This document shows, one piece after another, positions 44,442 to 57,684 of a DNA stretch of 64,000 nt (position 1 is its first letter; the number at the start of each line of letters is the position of its first letter). The DNA is from Octopus sinensis (Eukaryota), in contig NW_021835953.1 of the NCBI RefSeq assembly GCF_006345805.1, positions 1 to 64,000 of the forward strand. The letters run 5' to 3'. Below the pieces are notes generated by a model. That model did no database searches. It saw only the letters and a list, made by a program, of their open reading frames with translations, and was not told the origin of the DNA. The translations under genes were made by a program, and so were the position numbers.

Positions 44442-45078
44442 GTTAGTTAATAAATACATATTATATACACTCTCCAGCACTTTATTGATGTATATAATAT
44501 AAATATTATCAAGATACCAGTGAAATAATGGGGATAGATTTATCACATGTACTACAAAACCCTTGTGTTTGTGGAGGAATTGTATATTGATCATGTTGAT
44601 GTTGATATTAGCGGTGTGGACAGTCCAATTGACCACCCCCGTGATAATAATACCTTTAGTGGTCAAATGAACCAAAATATAAGAGATATCATATATATAT
44701 ATATGTATATATAAATTAATTGTTTTAGACATTTGCCTGCGGCCATGCTGGGGCATCATCGAATTTTTAGTCAAATGTATCGATCCCAGTACTTTTTTTA
44801 TTTTAAGCATATCACTTATCCTCTCAGGCTCTTTGCTGAACCACTACACACACACACACACACTCACACACACATACGCACACATACATAGGCACACACA
44901 TAGACACACACATAGACACACACATAGGCACACACATAGATTTTGTTCAGCCTTAGGTAAGAGTAGAATATACTTGCCTGAGTTTCCATGCAGAGGGATT
45001 CAACGTAGAACCGTGTATGGTTGGGAAAAAAGCTCCTTACACTACAACCATGTATATATGGATGTGGGTGTATCTATT

Positions 45079-45233
<155 letters not shown>

Positions 45234-45317
45234 GTCTGTCTGTCTCTCTATCTCTCTCCTTGTCTATCTATGTATGTATCTATTTATCTATCTATCTATT
45301 TATCTATCTAGCAATCA

Positions 45318-45390
<73 letters not shown>

Positions 45391-45444
45391 GCAATCTATC
45401 TGTCTGTCAGTCTGTCTGTCGGTCTGTCTGTCTCTCTATCTATG

Positions 45445-45506
<62 letters not shown>

Positions 45507-45736
45507 CACAGGCAATCAACACCATCGTACTTGCTTGGCACTCAGATAGATTTTATTGAGGCAGAATTTCTGCAGCTGGATGATCTCCCTATCGCCAACC
45601 TTCTCTTCTTTTCAAGGAAGCTAACATTTACCAAGAACTAGACATGTTCCCGCAGAATGTTGGGAATAAGAGACCCTGCTTATATGACTGTGGCACTCAT
45701 TTAGAACTATCACACAGACGTCAAGACAAAAACACA

Positions 45737-45769
<33 letters not shown>

Positions 45770-45860
45770 CACATACATTCATATATGTTAGCACACAAGA
45801 AGTTATAATAAAAGATGCTTATCCAAGCCTCTGTGTGTGTGCGTATATATCTGTATTGAC

Positions 45861-45931
<71 letters not shown>

Positions 45932-46744
45932 CATTAAAGACCCGTCGTTGCCGGGTCATAGTGCTAGTGCATGTATATATGTGTATATATATGTGTACAT
46001 ATTACATGTACATCTATATATATACATCTACACATAAAATACAAAATACAAAGTTATATCTTGATATCGCTAGTGATAACAATACTGAACATATATAACA
46101 GACTGGAATTGTAAGCCAGTCTCTTGCAATTTCGATCAATTGTATCTTGTCCTCCCTCTTGTATAGAAGTGTGGCTACAATCCAGCCTACCTCTACTTTT
46201 GGGGGTACATTTTAAATTTTTATCCGGGACGTCCCACGTCCCAGATATAAAGGTAAAAGTAAAATATCTCCTCTTTGCAAGTTCGAGTCGAGTACTCCCT
46301 TGCACGGTCCGTTGACTCGAACCTTGCTTCTATTGTGGCGAATTTACCGCCTCTGATTAGATATCTTTCATAGTCGTACCAAGACACTTTCCTCCATGTG
46401 TTCAAATCTTCTTTTTTCTCTACATTGTATACTTTATAGACAATAGTCTTTTCTTTAATTTAATTTTTTATTATCCATATTCCATTTCTGCACGCTAATT
46501 TTTTAAAAATTTATTCTCATTCATGTGAAACCACTTATTCAAGTTCAAGTCATTGATGCAACTTTATACCAATTGCTATTTTTACTTTTTTTTATGTTAC
46601 GATTATATTATGCTTTAGTTTGATTTTAATTATTACTTACTACATATAATTCAATTGTTATTATTATTTTTATTGCTAAAGTGAAAGTACCTGATATAAA
46701 ATAGAGAAATATTTTTCTTACACTTTTAACTAGTAATACTGAAA

Positions 46745-47035
46745 TAGTGGGGAAGATATGATATTGCTATGGACTCGCTCTAGGCAAGAAGTTGAACATT
46801 TTTTTGCCCATGAAACTACATGGATCCTAAGTAAAGCATGTGTAAATTTTGAATGAAATTGGTTGTGTAGTTCTCAAGTTTTAGGGAATCGTAGTGGAGA
46901 AGATATGATATTGCTGTGGGCTCGCCCTAGGCAAAAAGTTAAAACTTTTTTGCCGATGACACTCCCCGGACACTAAGTAAGGCATGTGTAAAATTTGAAT
47001 GAAATTGGTTGTGTAGTTCTCAAGTTTTAGGGAAA
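46745..47035. repeat. Two tandem ~147-bp units, possibly the core of a Helentron/HINE-like element (hairpin GACCCG...CGGGTC at ~45938-45956)
   Basis: GAAGATATGATATTGCT...TGAATGAAATTGGTTGTGTAGTTCTCAAGTTTTAGGGAA occurs twice; the element class is an inference. Confidence 0.6.
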
Positions 47036-47568
47036 CACACAGACACACAGACATACACAGACACACATTCTCAGTTTTATATATATAAAGATATATATCT
47101 GTGTGTGTGTGTCTATGCATAGGAATCTGTATATATTTATAAACACACCCACCCACCCACACACACCACACACACACACACACACACATACACACACATA
47201 TATATACATATAAAGTAAGAAATGATAAGATGAATATATTTCTTTCACCAGTTACATCGTTTCACAGAAATCTTTGTGTATGATAAATCCTTTTACATGT
47301 CTGCATTAGTGTATAGGTTATAAATCATACAGTGCCATCGTACAATTTACAAAGTAAAACAGGTATAAATGACAAGCACCTCAGTTCATAGAATATCATG
47401 TTTACATCCATTCTTCAATGCAATATACATATACAAGAACAGAATTTTATTTTCAAAATATTAATGTATGGAAGACAATAATTTACAAAACAGTTATTTA
47501 TAGAAGAGAGAAGGAGATTTAGTAAGATATCAAAAAGGAAGCAGTAAATATACATACATGCATATACA

Positions 47569-47614
<46 letters not shown>

Positions 47615-47899
47615 CACATATACATATATATGAATGTATATTAAAAAGTGTGGTGGTTTATGGGATTACCTGGGTTTCCCATTCATAAAGGGTTTAGCTT
47701 TGTACCGTATCGTAAGACCCCCAAAACCTATTGGCCTAAGAACTCTTCAAAATATGGAAGGGGAAAAGCCTTGGATTTACGTTTTCTGCAAACTATCCTT
47801 TTCAGCTCCCTAGCAAGAGATTATCCCAGTGACCATGTGGTTTCCGTTAAATATCTCACCATTGAAGCGTTTCTACATATTTACTGAAACCACGGGTCT

Positions 47900-48130
47900 C
47901 CCATAAATATGAAAGAATTTGACCTTGGATACTCCAGCAATAACATCCCCACGTCATCCAACGAACTATACACCCTTATGCAGCTGGAAAAGCTATTGGA
48001 CGTGATTAGGCGTATGAGGTGAAGGGCTTTTCTACCCTCCATATTTTGGTGTCTAATGATACGCCATGAAGCTAAATCCTTTTTGGGTCGGAAACCAAGG
48101 GTAATCCCGGAAACCGGCCTTCCCTGGTTT
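47900..48130 (+). mobile_element. N-terminal ORF remnant of a Penelope-like element
   Basis: FDLGYSSNNIPT...LEKLLDVIRRMR*RAF resembles the YSxKNIP...IKRMRWKA PLE N-terminus as recalled. Confidence 0.5.
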
Positions 48131-48309
48131 TAAAATATACACTGCTCTACATCTTAGAGTGTGCTTCTTCTCTGGATTTATCTTTTCTACAAACAAAACA
48201 AATATATACGTAAGTATGTCATTATTCAGTTTATTTCAAAGTATTTTATTTTTCACTTTATGTCAACATCGGCTGAACAGCTAATTCCCACAACTGTGAA
48301 CAGTTTCTC

Positions 48310-48343
<34 letters not shown>

Positions 48344-48910
48344 TGTATGTATGTATGTATGTATGTATGTATGTATGTATGCATGCAAGCATGCATGCAT
48401 GCATGCATGAATGTATGTGTATATGTATGCATGCATGCCTGCACGCACGCACGCACAAACACACACACACGTTGTGATATAATTGTCACTTAGTCTACCT
48501 CAGAAATTTCACGGTTTTTTGAGTTTTATTAAAAATGGGGGATTGGGAAATGAAGTATTGACCCATTTTGCATCGGACCCTTGTGGGTTGGATACTGTAT
48601 AATTGGATGCGTTGCATCCTCCGGTGCAGATGCATCTCATCTGGTGTCTTGTTTTACAGAAGAAACCTTACTAAATTTTCTCGGTTTCGCTTGGCATGTT
48701 GTTGCCAGGAGGTTGTTGGCTATAATGCTATAATCCAAGAACCTACTGACAACAACAACATACCAAGCAACACCGAGAACTCTCCCACTCGCAAGGAATC
48801 GATGCAACATGAGTCAAACCAATCGTTGTGATGAATAAATTTTCTTGTGAACTTCATTTTACATATTCCTCATTCAACATATATATTTATATATCCAACA
48901 GTAATGTATA

Positions 48911-49005
<95 letters not shown>

Positions 49006-49427
49006 CTCTGTATGTGTGTGTGCACGCGCAATAATTTCATGGTGGTGGACACTAACCACCTCAACAGTTTTATGAACCTCTTATTAATTATAGCAACATC
49101 AAAAGTATACTTTAGAAATTTTAATTGTTCTTTACTAGTCTTGATCTGTTAATCATGTGTTCACTCGTGTTCAGCTCCCCTAAAACTTACTATAGTTAGG
49201 AATACAGGTAGATTAAGCTGAAACATTCTATTTAGGACATCTTTATCCTGTCTAGAACACATTCTCATAGCAACATTTAGAGGATCTTACGAAGGTTGAT
49301 TTTACGGACAAACACCAAATGTACATGATCAGTTTGATCAAGTATACAGTAGAAGACAATAATGACACATTGATATCCATCCTGATTTTCATGTAAATTT
49401 TCATTTTCTATTTTTACTTCCACAAAG

Positions 49428-49637
49428 GGTTCAGTTCAGTTGGATATTCAAAACAAAAAGAAAATGACACCATTGCTTGAAGCCGTTTCCCGGGGTCACC
49501 TCGGAATGACGCACAAGCTAATAGCACTGGGTGCAAACATAAATGCTGTTGATGGTGATGGTAACAGCTGTTTGCACCTTGCTGTGAAAAGAAAAGTGTT
49601 TAATTCCGAGGGTGCACCCATGGATTCACTAAATGAA
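49428..49637 (+). CDS. Ankyrin/RING gene exon 6 (GSVQLDIQNKKKMTPLLEAV...GNSCLHLAV...DSLNE)
   Basis: ACAAAG acceptor, GTAAGT donor, 210 nt, phase 0 to 0. Confidence 0.93.
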
Positions 49638-49658
49638 GTAAGTTTTTAAATTGTCTGC

Positions 49659-49726
<68 letters not shown>

Positions 49727-50493
49727 CTGTGTGTGTGTGTGTATGTGTGTGTGTGTGTCTGTGTGAATTTGTGTATTTGTGAGTCTTTGTGTGAGTGTGA
49801 GAGAGAGACAGACAGACAAGCTTAGCTTGTCATGTATCAATTCTCCCTTATCAACCCCATCCTCCGTTACCATTCCATGATCCAGTCTCTCCTTATGACC
49901 CGAGTGATATTATTTAACAAACAATATTCCATCTCCTTTCACTCTCGAAGATGTTGTCTCATCACGGCCGAGAGGTGACCCATCTCGGTTGTTGGCCATA
50001 TAAACACAGCCATCACAATGTGACGGAGAAGTGGCCTATTTAATAGAGGAGATATTATTCTCAATTAACAATGATGCAGGATAGAAGAGATGTCTGAGCT
50101 TTATAGTGCTAGTGCCATGGTAAATACATCCAGTCCATTCTATGAAGAATTCTGAGTGAAACTGCTCTCTATCCTACTTCTTGTACACGACATGAATCCA
50201 CTGACTTCTTGTGGACATGTCATAAGAATGTTCAATGTTAGACACTAGAGAATGAATACAATAAATCATGGTCCTTAATGAGATTTCCTGTATTTAAGTT
50301 CTGTACTTAGGCACACACACACTCATACACACACACATACACACTCACACAGACAAACACACACAAGTAGTATTTTGAGTTTGAGTATATATCCTGTAAA
50401 ATGCTGTTTAAAGCCCGTTTACTGTATTTGGCTATCTGATGTCATCAACAGTATGGACTTCAATACTACTGGACTTTTTGCTGTCATCTCATA

Positions 50494-50915
50494 CTCTTTA
50501 CTCTCTTTACTCTTTTACTTGTTTCAGTCATTTGACTGCGGCCATGCTGGAGCACCGCCTTCAGTCGAGCAAATCGACCCCGGGACTTTTTCTTTGTAAG
50601 CCCAGTACTTATTCTATCGGTCTCTTTTGCCGAACCGCTAAGTGACGGGGACGTAAACACATCAGCATCGGTTGTCAAGCAATGCTAGGGAGACAAACAC
50701 AGACACACAAACACACACACACACATACATATATATAATATATACATATATACGACAGGCTTCTTTCAGTTTCCGTCTACCAAATCCACTCACAAGGCAT
50801 TGGTTGGCCCGGGGCTATAGCAGAAGACACTTGCCCAAGATGCCACGCAGTGGGACTGAACCCGGAACCATGTGGTTGGTTAGCAAGCTACTTACCACAC
50901 AGCCACTCCCGCGCC
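50494..50915 (-). mobile_element. Full-length tRNA-derived SINE
   Basis: Reverse complement of the 18155-18550 family, closely similar. Confidence 0.9.
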
Positions 50916-51698
50916 ATGAAGCAGTTTTTTATAATTCTTATATTTTTCAAAATTAAGATAAACGAAGTACTTTTTCTGTTAATCTAAAACAATCCTCCTT
51001 CATCTTCTACAATGCTCTTCCATCTATCTGGTAGACTTGCAAGTCACCTCTTCCAAAATTCACTTGACCGTGATAAAAATACTCCTCCATTACTCTTCTG
51101 GCAGACACTAATTCCTGCTTCCTTTACTTTACCGTCATCATTCAAAGATGCTTCTTGCTTAATTATGGAAACATTATTGATATGTTTGGTTATGTCTGTG
51201 TGGTATTGATTTTGTTATGTTATAGGTGTTTTTGTTTCTGATATAACTTATGTTCTTTCTTCTCATGTTGTGTTATATTTATATATACAATATTCTTTCT
51301 TATGGCCACATGATCGCCTTTATCAAGCCAATTATATAGATAGGTTCTTGTTGGTTTGTTCTTCCTATATTTGACATTTCTATTGAATATATTGTGATAT
51401 TTGTGTTTGACAAGTAAATATTTACTCATTAATTATCAATAAGCTTCATGTTAATCAATACGGTTTGTCCTGCTCAATGTAATGACAATATATTTAGAGG
51501 GTGTCTCAGTGTTGAAAATAAAGTAAAAACATGAAAATTGGAAATGGACTCAATTAAGGATTATGTAAGAACTCAATACTTTGTAATTAGTGGACAAACA
51601 ACCTATGAGTAAATTTAGATGAACTTTTGTGTAATTAGGGGCATTTGATTTGAATATTTGTGTAATATTCTCATCATTTTATATTTCATTATTTGTAG

Positions 51699-51873
51699 TG
51701 CTGCACTGCCCTTAACCTGAACATGGACGAAAGGCTCTCTGGTGTAGTGGTCGCGAGATATCTCGCCAGCCAGGGAGCTGACTTCCACCATAAAAACAAC
51801 AACAATAACACACCATTGGACCTCATTAAGGACCCAAATTTGAAAAAAAATTAGAAGCATTTTTACCACCACA
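51699..51873 (+). CDS. Ankyrin/RING gene exon 7 (CCTALNL...NNTPLDLIKDPNLKK..LEAFLPP), apparent 1-nt deletion in A8 at 51843-51850
   Basis: TTGTAG acceptor, GTAAGT donor. 175 nt where 176 is needed to join exon 8 in frame; as written the frame hits TAG. Confidence 0.85.
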
Positions 51874-52583
51874 GTAAGTATTTCCTGGCAATGGAACAGA
51901 TAAACCAGTACATTTTCTATTTTGTATATAATCATATTATATGTTTATTTCGTTTCAATTCTACGATATACATTATACTGTCGCTAGTGTTTTTGTCATG
52001 GGCCACACAATAAACAATATGCAGTTGTCAGGAGATCAAAGAAAGAAAATGATTTTGATTACATTCACATGATTCGTAGTGTTGCCAGTTATACTTCACT
52101 GTCCACCCCCACCTACCCCTCTTCATTCCCTGTTTTAAAGATGTGTGATCAATACGAAAATATAGATCTAAATAATGAAGTGAATGAATTCCATTTTGAA
52201 ACTGTTACTTAGAATAAAGTGGAATTTATCTGTCTACCAACATCTTTTTCTCACTCTTCTATGTCCGAATCAGTCAATATTAAGAATGATTTCATAAAAA
52301 AATAATCTACAAACACACCAACAGTGTATATATTATATTTCTGCAAATACTGATGGAATATTGCCACATATCTTCATAGAAAAAAAAAGCTGTCAGGAAA
52401 CGTAAATAATTCAAGTAACACATATACCATTACTAAGTGTTTTATTCGCCTTTCACTCCCGTATTTTATAAGATTTGGCAATTTCTTTGCCATACATCTC
52501 TCTGTATTAGCTACTTAAGAAGCAGACACATTTCCCCCTTAGTGAATATACAAAACTTTCTTTGTCTGTTGAAATTCAAATAT

Positions 52584-52971
52584 TACTCTTTTACTTGTTT
52601 CAGTCATTTGACTGCGGCCATGCTGGAGCACTGCCTTTAGTCGAAAAAAATCGACCCCAGAATTTATTCTTTGTAAGCCTAGTACTTATTTGCCGAAACG
52701 CTAGATTACGGGAATGTAAACCCACCATCATCGGTTGTGAAGCGATGGTGGAGGGACAAACACAGACAGACAAATAGACACACAAACACACACACACATA
52801 TATATATGCGACGGGCTTCTTTCCGTTTCCCTCTACCAAATCTACTTAAAAAGCATTGGTCAGTCCGAAGCTATAGTAGAAGTCACTTGCCTAAAGTGCT
52901 ACACTGTGGGACTGAACCCAGAATCATGTGGTTGGTAAGCAAGCTACTTACCACACATCTACTCCTGCACC
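52584..52971 (-). mobile_element. tRNA-derived SINE, more diverged copy
   Basis: Same head, body and 3' hairpin as the other copies. Confidence 0.85.
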
Positions 52972-53349
52972 TATTGTTCATAGATATTGATTTTTGGACT
53001 GTATAAATATAGTTCTGTTTTCTTCAATTGACAAGCCTCAGAAGATTTTCTCTACTTTTACAAATGATCGTTTATGTGAATGTTTTAATAATAATATAAT
53101 GTCTATAGAGCGCAGATGAAGTTAGTGGAAAGGGGAAAAATAGGGGACAGAAAACTGCAATTAGCCAAAGAGAGGCAGCAATAGAAGCTAGAAGTAGATG
53201 CACGATACATATAATAAAACAACCTGAAAGGAGGGAAACAGTAAAAGAGTTATATCCAAGAAAGAAGACATAGGTACACCAGGAAGAGTGTTAGGGAATT
53301 TCAGGAAATATGAAAGTTTTGAAGAATGCAGTGTCCTGATAGCTAACAA

Positions 53350-54000
53350 GAGATATCAGTTTATTTCATGCTTCAAAAATTCTGAACAGCGAAAAATATT
53401 TCTGAAAGTCATGGGTGCTGCACTGCTTTTCTCTTTGTTATAAGCATGTCTGCTGGTGTTAGAGAAATTGCTTTCAAAACGATTACCAAATTTGTTGTTG
53501 GGAAGATGGTGGATATTCTTGTGGGACTCCACTGAGTCAGCTGTTAGACATCCAAATTTTAATGTACTCAGATGATACCAAAAGAAACAATACATTCAAT
53601 ATATGGTGAGTGACAGAGTGTATTTGCCTAGTTGTACGTAATATTCTAGACAGGATGGGGTTCCAGATTGGCGGTGCATACCGTAAGTTTGGACATACCA
53701 TTTCCCATACGTAACTTTAAATAGACAACTTGACAAAGTGCAAGACAAAGCGCTTTCAGGGAGATGCTAAGATACTTTCGATCTTTTTGATGACTTTAGG
53801 AATGTGAATCATCCGTCAAATGTCCTTCTTGACATTAATCCCGAGGACCAGTTCACAAGTAGACTTCTTAAGTTGGGTGTTGTGGAGGAAATTGGTAAAT
53901 TCTGAGTTTACCTTCCATAATGTATAGTGGTGCACCTATCTACAACTAGCTTGATTTAGACAGCACCTTGCTGCAAAATGTCCAGATGAGGCTGCAGCAA
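53350..54000 (+). mobile_element. Highly degraded LINE RT remnant
   Basis: ATG TAC TCA GAT GAT ACC AAA = MYSDDTK at ~53564; no continuous ORF. Confidence 0.45.
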
Positions 54001-54180
54001 TGATCTATAGCGTAGAGTAACCTGCTTCAGTTTGGCATCAATTAAATTAATACATTTCCAGAAACAACAATGGACTAAAACAGATCCTACCAATCTTCAG
54101 ATGTGACACTGTAGTATCATTACACTGTGACTACTTCTTGTTCAGCCAGAATGATCGACAGCAGAGATTTATGTATCTTC

Positions 54181-54248
<68 letters not shown>

Positions 54249-54267
54249 ATGTATGTATGTATGTATG

Positions 54268-54376
<109 letters not shown>

Positions 54377-54379
54377 ATA

Positions 54380-54468
<89 letters not shown>

Positions 54469-54517
54469 AAACAAGTCAAAAATAGAAAATGCTAAGATAA
54501 TTTTATAGTGAATCTTT

Positions 54518-54555
54518 CAGTACCGGTTTCGGTCATTTTGAGACCTTTTCAACTG
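54518..54555 (-). ncRNA. Minimal type I hammerhead (U3-A8 variant), left arm
   Basis: Reverse complement of 54709-54746. Confidence 0.78.
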
Positions 54556-54708
54556 TAACGATTAAATAATTAAATTTAGAAAAATTAGAAAAATTAGAAT
54601 ATTTCTATAGTAGTGTTCAGATATGAGTGGCATTCTGCCTTTCTCTGACTCCCTTGTTTGCACTTGTGTGTTCGGGGTCGTTTTCTAAATTTAATTATTT
54701 AATCGTTA

Positions 54709-54746
54709 CAGTTGAAAAGGTCTCAAAATGACCGAAACCGGTACTG
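54709..54746 (+). ncRNA. Minimal type I hammerhead (U3-A8 variant), right arm, sense to the host pre-mRNA
   Basis: CAG TTGAAAA GGTC-TCAAAAT-GACC GAAA CCGG TA CTG. Confidence 0.8.
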
Positions 54747-54833
54747 AAAGATTCACTATAAAATAATCTTAGCATTTTCTATTTTTGACTTGTTTTTTTA
54801 TATATATCAACTCGTGTGTTCCTTTCCACCCTT

Positions 54834-54926
<93 letters not shown>

Positions 54927-56289
54927 CAAATTAAGCAACAGGATATCAAGTAGTGATACAATACGACCGTTTCAAGCACCTCCATTCAATTGAACAATGC
55001 AATCAATACATCAATTTAAATGCAGTGCCATCTTTAGCTTTAGAAATAAATGAATAGAATTTTAACCATTCGGACACATTACTGTAATGTTTCTAAACTA
55101 TTTTAACAGAGTAAGAAGATGGAAAAAATTAATGTTATCGATATTGTAGCTAAGAAAAAAAACTACACTTCCAAGAATCGCATGAAGCCTATTGGAGTGA
55201 TAGTGTTGTAAAGGATTGTAATTCATTTCTAATTTCATTTATCTCTTTATCAACTATTAAATCTAAGACCAGAAGACAGTGTCCTGTTTTGAATAAAGGA
55301 CAAGAATGAGTTGACAGCTCATGGCTAGGTGTGGTCATAAATGTTGTACGTATTCCTTTTCCTCTAGACAGAAAGAAGACATTAGGGTAGTCAATTAGAT
55401 ATAAAGTAAGTGTCCAAAAAAAGAGGCTTAGTAGTGTAAGACTTTAAATCATGATGTTGATTACCAGTTAAAGGGGCCAGGCGCAAAGAAACCAAAGATG
55501 TTAATACAGAGGAAATTTTATTATGGGGCACGATGTGTGATTGTTTATAAACAATATTGTTATGTCGTATAAAAAATATAATTTAAGATTGTCAAAAATG
55601 GTATCATAACCGAAATAGGTAAAATGTGTGGATTTATCTATTATAAACATTAAAAAGGAAAGATTACCGGAGACTAAACAGTATGCCTATGCCTCAGTAG
55701 ACGGTAAATCTGCAAAATCTAGGTTTTGGTACAATCAATTTAGGCAGATAAAATTTTTGGGAGAAATACATTTGAAGTGGACAATTTGTCAAAACATGTT
55801 TGTAGATCAATGATTTCTTTAGATACACCAATAACAATTACATCATGTGTGGCAGAATCAGTGGTTTATTTCTCAATGTCCCTGGATTTAGCTATAACGA
55901 GGGGTAGATTTTTACCTGATGTTTTCTTATATGGTCCTTTAATGTATGATTATGTAAGGAACTTTGCTTTTAATATCCGTCACAACAAATGTCCAGAATG
56001 TTCTATGTGGATGGCCAGATTTTGTTCGACTGCAATTATGGGGAAAGACACACAGGCCAGCAACCGATGGGATCAAACAACCATAATGCATCTTTGATTG
56101 GCCTGAAGTTAATGGAGCATAGAAACATTGCATTTATTGCAGTCAACTCATCTGTTTTTAAAATGTTCTACAGTTTTGTACATATACATTGTATTGTATT
56201 CTCAAAGCATTCTTCTATTTTAGAACAGTGACTTGTTTTGTTATACGGATCTCGTATATATGAAGCTATAGCAAATGTATCCCGTCTCT

Positions 56290-57199
56290 CCAGCCATAAA
56301 ATTCAAAGCCAGTTGTCTAAATATAGAGGACTTGTGAAACAGATTAGATACAATGAAGTGTTTTATGTATACATATATTAATGGTTGTACATGATCTTAT
56401 GAATGAGTATCGCCATAGTAACAAAGCTAAAGCACACAGAGTAAAGTTGCTCAGCACAGATTGACCTTTATCTCTATTATGCATGCACGCTAAGTTTTGA
56501 CTTTCTAGAGCAATTCGACTGTTTACAACAGTGCTTGGAAGGAAGGTGTGTAGCGTGTGATCGTCACTTTGACCATGATATAGAGAGTTGAGCAGAGAAT
56601 CTGCATCAAATTTTGTCAAACGTTTGACGATTCCTGCTCAGAGGGCCATAGAAAGTTTTCAATAATATTTCATCGTCCCTGACACAATCAAGGACATCTT
56701 GTGCAACTGAAACCCGCGTGTCCTTTTGGTCTGCTGAAAGCAGTTCTGGCACATATTTGGCAGACAGGCGTCTGAAAGCCAAATCTTCAGTGGTAATGGC
56801 CCGAACCGTGACTAACCTGCTCATCCTCTGATAATTCAAGGATGGTAATTCGACGGTTTACCCACACAACTGCACGCACATCAGCAATTTTTTTTCTCAG
56901 TTCTGCTCGTTGCAGATCTTCCAGAATGTTCGTCAATATCGACATTTTCGGCCATACTTAAAATGTCTGAACCATTCTTACATGTGTGTGTGGCTCATAC
57001 ACTCCTCTCCATACACTTTCTGCAACTTTACGTAAGCTTCCAAGCACTGCTGTAAACAGCGGGTATGAGCTAGAACATAAAAAATTAGTGCGCATGTACA
57101 GCACAGATTGAGATCAATCTTTGCCAAGCAGCTTTTCTCTGCGTGTTTTTGCTTCGTTACTATAGCAACAGTCCGGATACTTATTGATCAGACCTCGTA
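56290..57199 (-). mobile_element. Degenerate mariner DNA transposon
   Basis: LAFRRLSAKYVPELLSADQKDTRV (WVP(R/K)LL-like motif); minus-strand terminus TA-CGAGGTCTGATCAATAAGTATCCG at ~57175-57199. Confidence 0.75.
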
Positions 57200-57541
57200 T
57201 ATAGACACAAACTTGTGTACATATATAGTTTTGTTCAGCAGAAATGGAGTCTAGAAGTGAAGTATGGTTTTGGAATATATGTGGTGCACTGCTTTTGTAA
57301 TATATCAGAGTCAAGACGTATATTTAACAATATCTGTATAAATATATACGTGTGTGTGTCTGCGTAGCACTTATACACGCATAAATCTGTCCGAACGTGG
57401 TTCTTTAAAATAGAAATTGTGAGACACTCATGGAGGTCACTGCAGAGTTTCATAATATTTTGTGCTGTAAATATGTATACCATGTAAAAATTGATATACA
57501 TGAATGTTATTGATAAAATGTGTTTATATTTTGTTCCATAG

Positions 57542-57684
57542 ATGTCGTTACTGTCATGAGAACATGGCCACCGTGAGACTGCAACCATGTGGAGATCTTG
57601 TTCTCTGCGAGAATTGTTCTTCTGAAATGACATTTAAGAGATGCCCCGTGTGTCGAGAATACACACTCAGTAAAAGAGAATTTG
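57542..57684 (+). CDS. Ankyrin/RING gene exon 8: RING finger CRYC...PCGDLVLCENC...CPVC
   Basis: CCATAG acceptor, GTAAGA donor; spacing C-x2-C-x11-C-x-D-x3-C-x2-C-x9-C-x2-C. Confidence 0.9.

Larger units (their letters stand above)
54466..54798. mobile_element. 333-bp cassette: 118-bp near-perfect inverted arms (54466-54583 / 54681-54798), each with a hammerhead, embedded in (TA)n
   Basis: The arms are reverse complements; 97-bp spacer; long TA tracts on both sides. Confidence 0.88.

Noticed and set aside
46060-46420. GC-richer segment with short ORFs on both strands
   Set aside because: No recognisable motif; probably an old TE fragment; needs a database search.
55777-56231. Overlapping 80-106 aa ORFs in intron 7
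   Set aside because: No domain motif or splice phases that fit the gene model.
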